This document shows, in pieces, positions 31,410 to 41,447 of a stretch of 64,000 nucleotides of DNA. Below the pieces are notes generated by a model that was given only the letters and a program-made list of their open reading frames with translations, had not been told where the DNA came from and did not search any database. The DNA comes from a phage, in sequence record PZ452583.1, one strand, 5' to 3'. The translations under genes were made by a program, and so were the position numbers. Within the stretch, counting starts at the first letter, position 1. Each line of letters opens with the position of its first letter.

Positions 31410-31775
31410 TTAAATATCAAATTCGTTAAGAACTACATCAAAGATTGCTTCAAGATGCTCAGGTTTAGCTCTGTTACTCAGAATATGACGAATCCAAGTT
31501 TTAACCAAAAGCTTGCGATTAACGCCATTCCAGCAAGGATGAGTCCCTAAATCGCGTTCACGGAAATCATCATCCAGAGCGATTTTAAAGTTGGAACCTT
31601 CCATCGTGATTGAAACCGTGATGCCATTTTCAAATCGCATATAAACGTAGTTAGGAGTCATATACTGTTCAATTTCGCATACTGATCCATTTTGATGTTT
31701 CCAGAGGCAAATAGTATCAATAGAACCTGCAATACCATTAGAAACATATTTACGTTCAAAGTTAATGTAGTTCAT
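31410..31775 (-). CDS. hypothetical protein
   Basis: ORF track 31410-31838; ATG at 31775 with SD GGAG lies downstream of the early promoter, giving a 121-aa product. Confidence 0.55.
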   Translation of the reverse strand: MNYINFERKYVSNGIAGSIDTICLWKHQNGSVCEIEQYMTPNYVYMRFENGITVSITMEGSNFKIALDDDFRERDLGTHPCWNGVNRKLLVKTWIRHILSNRAKPEHLEAIFDVVLNEFDI

Positions 31776-31816
31776 TTTATTCTCCAGGTGTTTAAGTTGT
31801 TTGTTGGTACAGGTAT

Positions 31817-31844
31817 ATAATATCATATCCTGTACCAAAGTAAA
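31817..31844 (-). promoter_or_regulatory. early promoter (GTTTAC...TATTAT) with -10 inside an inverted repeat
   Basis: minus strand TTTACT-16-TATTAT; flanked by GGTACAGG / CCTGTACC. Confidence 0.5.
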
Positions 31845-31849
31845 CTATT

Positions 31850-32218
31850 TTATGCAACTTTAATCCAATTATCTAAATTTAATTCACCTTTGGCTTTCAT
31901 TTTTTCAATCAAGAGGTCAGCGGTAATACGACCATTTTGATACCACGTGACATCTTCAGAGTAACCAGTTTCTTTATCTTCATAAGTCTCACAGCGAATT
32001 TTACCAAGAATCAAAGTTTTTAATTCGTATGTATCTCCAGTAAAAAAGTTAGTTAACATTATTTTCCAAGAGAAATCATCAGAAGGACCTTCAGGAGTCA
32101 TACAATCTACAAATTCAAATTGTTCTTTATATAAATGCCACTGAAGTTCTTTAGTTTCGATAGCTTTATAGCCGTCGTGATCTTTACCTTTGATGTATGA
32201 GTTAAGATTGATTTTCAT
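31850..32218 (-). CDS. hypothetical protein
   Basis: 122-aa ORF with SD AAGGAG and early promoter upstream. Confidence 0.55.
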   Translation of the reverse strand: MKINLNSYIKGKDHDGYKAIETKELQWHLYKEQFEFVDCMTPEGPSDDFSWKIMLTNFFTGDTYELKTLILGKIRCETYEDKETGYSEDVTWYQNGRITADLLIEKMKAKGELNLDNWIKVA

Positions 32219-32245
32219 TTTATTCTCCTTTGTTTGTGTAAGATA

Positions 32246-32274
32246 ATACTATCACAAAGGAACCATACTGTAAA
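32246..32274 (-). promoter_or_regulatory. early promoter (TTTACA-17-TAGTAT)
   Basis: minus strand; flanked by inverted repeat CCTTTGT / ACAAAGG; SD AAGGAG downstream. Confidence 0.45.
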
Positions 32275-32289
32275 CAACTTTGTGCAATC

Positions 32290-32323
32290 TTTGGAAAATA
32301 AAAAAGGACTCCCGAAGGAGTCC
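32290..32323 (-). terminator. rho-independent terminator after the small basic ORF
   Basis: GGACTCC-TTCG-GGAGTCC then TTTTTTATTTT on minus strand. Confidence 0.65.
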
Positions 32324-32328
32324 TCAAC

Positions 32329-32505
32329 TTATGCTTTCTGCTTACCAAAACGAGAAGCATCATCTCGAAGAACCGCACGTGCTCGGCGCATGATCTTCTC
32401 AACAGTTTGATTGATACGAGAGTTCGACCCGCGCTTGTAACCAGCGCGTTTAGAATCACCAACTTTCTTTTCAACTGCTTTCTTTGCTTTAGCTTGTTTT
32501 GCCAT
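32329..32505 (-). CDS. small basic protein (30.9 position)
   Basis: 58 aa from the internal ATG (MAKQAKAKK..., Lys/Arg-rich); alternative start at 32547; terminator downstream. Confidence 0.45.
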   Translation of the reverse strand: MAKQAKAKKAVEKKVGDSKRAGYKRGSNSRINQTVEKIMRRARAVLRDDASRFGKQKA

Positions 32506-32748
32506 TATAAATTCTCTTTTAAATGAAAATGCAGGACTTATTGGCATTGCCTGCGCAAGCCCTCAAGGGGAACATAGGTTTTGAATATTTACCGACAGGA
32601 TAACCATAAACCCGTCATCATTCACATTCAAGAGGTACACCATAAAACTGCCGGGGTCTTAAAACTATAATGATTCGCAAATCATTAATCAGACAGTTCG
32701 ATGGCTCCTCGATTTTAGCTCACACTAAGGCAGTGAATCTCCAATAAA

Positions 32749-32997
32749 TTACTTCAATGTTACCACAAAGTGACGAACTGCTTTTCGTGCAGCAGAAGCC
32801 AGAGGCTTGGCATATTTAAGTTCATCTTTTTCCTGAAGCTCAGCAGCTAATGCAGTTTGAGCAGGATTTAGATGTTTGAAATAACGCAGGATTTCAAGAG
32901 CTTCGGCTTCAACATCAATAGATGCGCCATAGTTTTCGTGACCATTATTCCATGCGTTTCGTTGCAGTTCAAGAGCGTGTTGTAATTGTTTAATCAT
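32749..32997 (-). CDS. rIII: lysis inhibition accessory protein rIII
   Basis: 82-aa ORF, T4 rIII length and sequence character. Confidence 0.88.
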   Translation of the reverse strand: MIKQLQHALELQRNAWNNGHENYGASIDVEAEALEILRYFKHLNPAQTALAAELQEKDELKYAKPLASAARKAVRHFVVTLK

Positions 32998-33144
32998 TTA
33001 AAAATTCTCGTTAGAGATTAAAACTCGGTAGTCACGTTCTTCTGAATTTCATCTTCTTTCGACAGATCTCTCAGTTGTAGACTACCACATAGAATTGTTC
33101 GGTTAACTTATTATTCCGACACCCAATTCATATTATTATTTATA

Positions 33145-33480
33145 TCACTTATAAAGACACGGAATAGCTTTATAGTGACAGGTAACGAATTTTTGTTTAA
33201 TTTCTTTTGGCTGCTTAAGACCCAGAGCTACAAAAGGATGCGGAACGTTTCGAATTTGACCAACTGGAAGAGAAGTCAAATCACCAACTTCGCAGAAACC
33301 TTCAGGAACATCAGGACCAACAGAGTGAACTACACACAGTTCAGGAACTTCACCTTGAACACGTTTACCGATAATAAGTCCTGATTCTGTAACTTCTTCA
33401 TCACCGGCTTGTGCAGGTTCAGAAACTAAAATAACATATTCACCGACAGCACGAATTGGTAGCTGTTGTACTTCAGACAT
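33145..33480 (-). CDS. 31: co-chaperonin gp31 (GroES analog for capsid folding)
   Basis: 111-aa ORF, T4 gp31-like. Confidence 0.93.
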
Positions 33481-33536
33481 CGTTTTTCCTTTTTGTTAAC
33501 AGATGAATTAATAATAACAAATAATTCTTAAAGCAT

Positions 33537-33845
33537 TTATTTACCAATAAATTGAAGCAAATGCTCAACTTTCATACCATTAACAGAAATCAATTTGTCA
33601 ATAGAAAAACCTCGCCATGCACCAAGCTCAACATCAAACACTGGAATCATGTCAGTAGATTCTTTCCGAGTAGATTCAGTCAATTTACCAGTTTGCATGG
33701 TTGGCATAAAGTCAGCATCGCGAGTACCTTTCATAGTACGAATAGTACCATCAGACTTTTCAAAAACTACGTTTGAAATACCCATGGACAATTTAGTTTT
33801 CAAAATTTCACGAATTGCCACTTTCTGTTCAGTTGTCAGTTTCAT
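33537..33845 (-). CDS. hypothetical protein (31.1 position)
   Basis: 102-aa ORF. Confidence 0.55.
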   Translation of the reverse strand: MKLTTEQKVAIREILKTKLSMGISNVVFEKSDGTIRTMKGTRDADFMPTMQTGKLTESTRKESTDMIPVFDVELGAWRGFSIDKLISVNGMKVEHLLQFIGK

Positions 33846-34082
33846 TTATTTACCTATTACAGTTTTAATATGAGTTGTTCCACGTTCTTTAAGGGTGGAA
33901 AGTAATTTTTGGCATTTTTCTAAATCAGATTTCCAACTATATGGTCTATCAATACTAGTCCAATCAGTTTTATAATACTGTTTCCATTTAGAGAAAAAAT
34001 ATTTCTTATACTCTACAGCAAACGAGATGTTCTCGTTAGAATAAGAACTAATTGCTGTAAGCTTTACCAAACGAAATTTCAT
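33846..34082 (-). CDS. hypothetical protein (31.2 position)
   Basis: 78-aa ORF. Confidence 0.5.
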   Translation of the reverse strand: MKFRLVKLTAISSYSNENISFAVEYKKYFFSKWKQYYKTDWTSIDRPYSWKSDLEKCQKLLSTLKERGTTHIKTVIGK

Positions 34083-34663
34083 TATTCACCACAGAATTCG
34101 TTGATATTTTCCCAGTTTAACTTATTCAAGTTTTTCTTAGGAACATTAAACACTTCAATACCTGCATTTCGCAGAATATCATCCCAACCAGGTTTATTTT
34201 TATCGTATGTTTCGCAATAAACCAGCTTTTTAATACCAGATTGAGCTATCGCTTTTGCACAATCTGGACAAGGAGAAAGTGTTACATACATAGTAGCACC
34301 TTCAATAGAAGAACCATTTCGTGCAGCAAATAAAATTGCATTTAGTTCAGCATGAATTTCATTTTTAGATGACCATTCCGAGTGAGCACTACGATGTTCT
34401 TTTGCCAAGACAAAACGATCAGTTGAACCAAATGATACACATTCGGGCTTATGACCTTGGATGATAGTATGTTTAGGTTTATTCAGCAACCAACCTTGCT
34501 CGGCGGCATAATCACAACAGTTCACACCACCAGCAGGTGAACCATTATATCCGGTAGAAATAATACGTCCATTCTTTTCAATTACTGCTCCTACCTTCCA
34601 GGAGCAACATTTTGATTCTTGTGATACTAAATATGCAATTTGAAGTACTGTACTCGCTTTCAT
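34082..34663 (-). CDS. cd: dCMP deaminase
   Basis: 193-aa ORF with zinc-binding deaminase motifs HAE...PCxxC. Confidence 0.92.
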   Translation of the reverse strand: MKASTVLQIAYLVSQESKCCSWKVGAVIEKNGRIISTGYNGSPAGGVNCCDYAAEQGWLLNKPKHTIIQGHKPECVSFGSTDRFVLAKEHRSAHSEWSSKNEIHAELNAILFAARNGSSIEGATMYVTLSPCPDCAKAIAQSGIKKLVYCETYDKNKPGWDDILRNAGIEVFNVPKKNLNKLNWENINEFCGE

Positions 34664-34998
34664 TTCATAATCACCAAATAAGCAGATTTAGCAGTTTCAA
34701 CACGATAAATTTCGTGACGAAGTTTAGTTATACTTTTAATAACAGAACTAATTATATTCTGCCCATCTTTAAAGCGGTTTTTCTTATCAATAAAAATTGC
34801 GCCAACCATCTTTTTGTGAAGCTCAACTGGATACTTCGTCACAATAATAGCATCATATACGGAAGGATGAATACTATTCACCAGAGTGTCATTCATTAAA
34901 GTTATTCTAATGAACTGAGCTGTTTCAGAGTCAAGCGCTCTATGATCGCCAGTATCATTTTCAAGACAATTATCAATTATATCAGTTAAATTCATCAT
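34660..34998 (-). CDS. hypothetical protein (cd.1 position)
   Basis: 112-aa ORF. Confidence 0.55.
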   Translation of the reverse strand: MMNLTDIIDNCLENDTGDHRALDSETAQFIRITLMNDTLVNSIHPSVYDAIIVTKYPVELHKKMVGAIFIDKKNRFKDGQNIISSVIKSITKLRHEIYRVETAKSAYLVIMK

Positions 34999-35234
34999 AG
35001 TACGCCATACACCCTTTGTGCTTCAACTAATCCATCAAAATCCAATTTGAGATGTGTTATTTGATCACCATCACCTGGATTCACAATTACTAATACTGAA
35101 CGAGGAGTTTCGGTAATAACACGAACTGATGTTTCAGGAAATCGTTCAGAAACCTTATTTACCAATTCCTGTGCAAATAGCTTAACTTTTTCTTGGAATT
35201 CTTTAACAGTAATCGGTTTTTCACTTAGCAGCAT
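34995..35234 (-). CDS. hypothetical protein (cd.2 position)
   Basis: 79-aa ORF; SD GAGGAA and early promoter upstream. Confidence 0.55.
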   Translation of the reverse strand: MLLSEKPITVKEFQEKVKLFAQELVNKVSERFPETSVRVITETPRSVLVIVNPGDGDQITHLKLDFDGLVEAQRVYGVL

Positions 35235-35263
35235 TTTGTTTTCCTCATTTGTTTGGTAGAGCT

Positions 35264-35292
35264 ATAATATCACAACTCTACCATAAAGTAAA
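35264..35292 (-). promoter_or_regulatory. early promoter (TTTACT-17-TATTAT) with -10 inside an inverted repeat
   Basis: flanked by GGTAGAG / CTCTACC. Confidence 0.5.
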
Positions 35293-35295
35293 CTA

Positions 35296-35601
35296 TTAAA
35301 TTGCTTTGAATTCTGCTGTCTGCGATTCAAAACGAATATCGCCTTTGATAACTAGCTCAGCATCAAGACCGAATACAACAATGATATGCGCGGAACCTGG
35401 ATACAACGTAATTGCAATAGAATCCACCTGGTCTGGAAGCAAAGTGTTCAATACATGAGTCACTTGAGCATGGATTCGAAGCTCGGCTGCGTTATCAAGC
35501 TTTTCAAACATGTTATTAGCGATAATTTGGCTAAACACTACTTCTACGATTTTAGAGTAAGTCGGAAACATATTTACCTCACATAATTTTCTTCGAGCCA
35601 A
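35296..35601 (-). CDS. hypothetical protein (cd.3 position)
   Basis: 101-aa ORF. Confidence 0.55.
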   Translation of the reverse strand: MARRKLCEVNMFPTYSKIVEVVFSQIIANNMFEKLDNAAELRIHAQVTHVLNTLLPDQVDSIAITLYPGSAHIIVVFGLDAELVIKGDIRFESQTAEFKAI

Positions 35602-35774
35602 TCAATAACATCCAAAGCGTTATCAAAAGTTGAACCATCTACTTTGTCTTCTGTTTCATAATCAAGAACATCTAAACCTACTCTTCCATTAACAATAGGC
35701 CATAAACAAAACAGGTATTTCTTTTCTTTTTCAATTTTATCACAAAGACGATAAATCTTTTCTAGATTATTCAT
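35574..35774 (-). CDS. hypothetical protein (cd.4 position)
   Basis: 66-aa ORF. Confidence 0.5.
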   Translation of the reverse strand: MNNLEKIYRLCDKIEKEKKYLFCLWPIVNGRVGLDVLDYETEDKVDGSTFDNALDVIDWLEENYVR

Positions 35775-35963
35775 AAGTTTTCCACGGTAAAGGCAGTTTA
35801 GTTTTCTTTACTGTTAGTTCAACATCGGGATTCTTTTCTCTTAATTTAAGACATTCCTCCCAAGCTCTGATTTCACTAGTGAAAACACAAAATTGACCAT
35901 TACTAGTACCAACTAAACCGCTATTTACAATAACAATAGCCCAAGTTTCATGATGCAAAGCCA

Positions 35964-35964
<1 letters not shown>
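35767..35964 (-). CDS. hypothetical protein (cd.5 position)
   Basis: 65-aa ORF. Confidence 0.5.
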
Positions 35965-37167
<1,203 letters not shown>

Positions 37168-37171
<4 letters not shown>

Positions 37172-37398
37172 TTATTTTTCTCAACCAATGATTGAATATA
37201 ATCATGTAGGTCTTTAGATGCTTTACCCCACTTATTTTGGTATTCATTTTTAAGATTAGCACGTGATTGAGCTAATAAAACATCATTAGTTGGAGGTAAA
37301 GATTCTAACCGCTGAATCTGGCGTCCATAAATCATTGCAGCCATCTCGGATTCATAAATCAATCCTTTGAGATGTTCAAATTGATGCCACGAAATCAT
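37168..37398 (-). CDS. hypothetical protein
   Basis: 76-aa ORF. Confidence 0.5.
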
Positions 37399-37694
37399 TT
37401 ACATTTATCCTCTTTTAACTCTTGACGATAATAACATATCATAGTTTTCTGGTCATGTACATATCGTTTTACATCATTAAGCCAAATACGAAATTCCTGG
37501 GAATCTTCAAATGGCATACCGACCCAAGCTTTACCATCGATAACTTTAACTTGCCAAGATAGTTTAGCTTCGTCATATGACTTTATTTGCACAGGCCAAT
37601 TGGGATGAACTGTTTCTTTCTTTACTTCTAGAGGCTTTGTAGAACAACCAACTAGAAGACCAATAGATAATATTACTGCTAATAGTTTAATCAT
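37395..37694 (-). CDS. pseT.2: outer-membrane spanin (o-spanin, Rz1-like lipoprotein)
   Basis: 99-aa ORF with signal peptide and lipobox LVGC; immediately downstream of a TM/coiled-coil protein; matches the T4 pseT.2 and pseT.3 spanin arrangement as I recall it. Confidence 0.65.
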   Translation of the reverse strand: MIKLLAVILSIGLLVGCSTKPLEVKKETVHPNWPVQIKSYDEAKLSWQVKVIDGKAWVGMPFEDSQEFRIWLNDVKRYVHDQKTMICYYRQELKEDKCK

Positions 37695-38044
37695 TTAGAA
37701 AGGTCCTGGATGTCTTCTGCGAACTTGTTGAAGGAGTTGTTGATTTGTTTTTCAACCAATCCTGGCTTATGAGCCACCACATCCGCCTTCTTTGCGTCTT
37801 TGCGCAGCTTTTCATTTTCACGCTCAATAGCAGCAATTGCCTCACGATTTTTATTATTCATCGCATCAATATAATTATACTGAATTCGCAAATTATTTAA
37901 TGCTAAAGCGTTTTCATTGGCCGTTTTTGTAATTTCTACAACAGACGTTTCTAATCTTTCAATTTTATTTTTTAAAATTAAAGAAGTTCCGCCCAATGCA
38001 ATTACAATTAATAACAAGCCTGCTGTCGTATTACTTAATTGCAT
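37691..38044 (-). CDS. pseT.3: inner-membrane spanin (i-spanin, Rz-like)
   Basis: 117-aa ORF: N-terminal transmembrane helix followed by charged coiled-coil periplasmic domain. Confidence 0.65.
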   Translation of the reverse strand: MQLSNTTAGLLLIVIALGGTSLILKNKIERLETSVVEITKTANENALALNNLRIQYNYIDAMNNKNREAIAAIERENEKLRKDAKKADVVAHKPGLVEKQINNSFNKFAEDIQDLSK

Positions 38045-38541
38045 AAAGTTTTAATAACCTCTATAATATCGTCTTGAGAAAGACCGTTAATTAAAATATG
38101 ATGTTCAGCCGGAGATTTAGAAATTTTAAAGCATGCCTCAACATCTTCTGCCATATCCGATGCACTACGATTTGGATTACTAATTCCAAGACGATGCTTT
38201 CCAGTCAAAGGATTAACGATGATATAGCATTTGCAGCTATTGATATGAACATTAGGCTGAGTCTGATTAATGAACACTTCGCAATCATACTTAGCGAGTT
38301 GATTTTCTAAAAAGACTTTCATCTCTTCAACCGCATCAGGAAGCATATCACGGGCTTGCTCAAGACGACGATTTCGATATTCTTTAATGGTCGTTTTCCG
38401 CTTGACTTGCTTAGCTAAATCTTTCTTAAGATCGGTGATATATCCAACTCGACGATTTCCTTTGAATACAGAAATCCCATCTGTAGTATCACCGTATGCT
38501 TCAACGACCATTTCAGTAGTAATAAGCTGCAAATCCATCAT
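38035..38541 (-). CDS. alc: Alc transcription terminator for cytosine-containing DNA
   Basis: 168-aa ORF in T4 alc position; early promoter cassette upstream. Confidence 0.75.
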   Translation of the reverse strand: MMDLQLITTEMVVEAYGDTTDGISVFKGNRRVGYITDLKKDLAKQVKRKTTIKEYRNRRLEQARDMLPDAVEEMKVFLENQLAKYDCEVFINQTQPNVHINSCKCYIIVNPLTGKHRLGISNPNRSASDMAEDVEACFKISKSPAEHHILINGLSQDDIIEVIKTLCN

Positions 38542-38545
38542 AAAG

Positions 38546-38599
38546 TCCTCATGTTATGTTAGTAAGACTACTATAACACAACACGAGGGACTTGTAAAC
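38546..38599 (-). repeat. 54-bp early promoter cassette, copy B
   Basis: 53 of 54 nt identical to 23220-23273. Confidence 0.8.
38570..38598 (-). promoter_or_regulatory. early promoter within 54-bp repeat copy B (upstream of alc)
   Basis: identical promoter sequence to copy A. Confidence 0.6.
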
Positions 38600-38602
38600 A
38601 GC

Positions 38603-40190
<1,588 letters not shown>

Positions 40191-40198
40191 AATAAAAT

Positions 40199-40212
40199 GG
40201 GCCTTGCGGCCC
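40199..40212 (-). promoter_or_regulatory. hairpin between nrdB stop and denA start
   Basis: GGGCC-TTGC-GGCCC lying between an AAGGAG and the denA ATG. Confidence 0.4.
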
Positions 40213-40217
40213 ACTCC

Positions 40218-41396
40218 TTAAAAGTATTTTTTAAAACTCATCATAACTTTATCATCAACATCATTATCAATCTGTGCTACAAGGTAAGATGACAGTTCTA
40301 CTTCTTGCGGTGCAGATTGAACATTATCAGAATTAAGATATTCACGAATCCAAGGATATGGATGTTTAACCGGAGCATCGGTAATTGGGCATGGAAGACC
40401 GCACTGTTTCATACGAGATACAGTTAAGTAATCAATAAAGCTCCACATGCTATTTGTATTTAATCCAGGAACATCACCATCTTTAAATAAATGAACTGCC
40501 CAATCTTTTTCTTGGCGGTTAACTTCCATGAAAATATCAACTGCTTCTTGTTCACACTCTTTGGCAATTTTAACCCATTCATCACCATCAGTGCCAAGTT
40601 GAAGTTGACGAATAATATATTGTGTACCTTTAAGATGAAGCTGCTCATCACGTGCAATGAACTTCATAATCTTGGCATTACCTTCCATGATTTCCATGTT
40701 TTTATGGAAGTTAAAGGTACATGCGAAAGATACATAAAAACGAATAGCTTCCAATGCATTGATTACATGCAAACAGAGGTAAAGAGATTTCATTAGCTCA
40801 CGCTTCCAATATGTCTCATGCTCTATGGCATCTTCAATAACGTCTTCGTCTGCATTAATTTCTTTTTGGTATTCGATATCAGCTTTAGCGTTTTCCCAAT
40901 AACGAGTTTTAATCAGAACATCATCATAATAACGTCCAATAGATTCAGCACGTTTCATAATAGCTTCATCTAATACAATTTCATCAAATACCTTCGATGG
41001 ATCAGTATAAAGATTTCGCATGATATGTGTATATGAACGGCTGTGAATAGTTTCACTAAAAGTCCATGTAGCAACCCATGTATCAAGACTTGGGTCTGAA
41101 ATTAACGACATAAGTACAGCAGATGGTGCACGACCCTGAATGCTATCCAAAAGTGATTGATACTTCAAGTTGTTAGTAAAAATATCTTGCTGATATTGAG
41201 GAAGCTTGTTAAATTGCGCAGCATCCATCATTAAGTTTACTTCTTCAGGACGCCAGAAAAATGACAACTGCTTTTCGGTTAAATCTTCAAAAACTTTATG
41301 ACGTTGAATATCATAACGCGCAATACCAAGACCTGAACCAAAAAACATAGGTTCTTTTAAAACATCAACTGGATTTGTATTAAAAACTGTGCTCAT
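40218..41396 (-). CDS. nrdB: ribonucleotide reductase beta subunit
   Basis: 392-aa uninterrupted ORF, class Ia R2-like; no intron. Confidence 0.95.
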   Translation of the reverse strand: MSTVFNTNPVDVLKEPMFFGSGLGIARYDIQRHKVFEDLTEKQLSFFWRPEEVNLMMDAAQFNKLPQYQQDIFTNNLKYQSLLDSIQGRAPSAVLMSLISDPSLDTWVATWTFSETIHSRSYTHIMRNLYTDPSKVFDEIVLDEAIMKRAESIGRYYDDVLIKTRYWENAKADIEYQKEINADEDVIEDAIEHETYWKRELMKSLYLCLHVINALEAIRFYVSFACTFNFHKNMEIMEGNAKIMKFIARDEQLHLKGTQYIIRQLQLGTDGDEWVKIAKECEQEAVDIFMEVNRQEKDWAVHLFKDGDVPGLNTNSMWSFIDYLTVSRMKQCGLPCPITDAPVKHPYPWIREYLNSDNVQSAPQEVELSSYLVAQIDNDVDDKVMMSFKKYF

Positions 41397-41447
41397 AAAT
41401 TTTCCGCTTAGTTAATAGTTAGTGACTCGTCCGTGAGTCAAATTATA

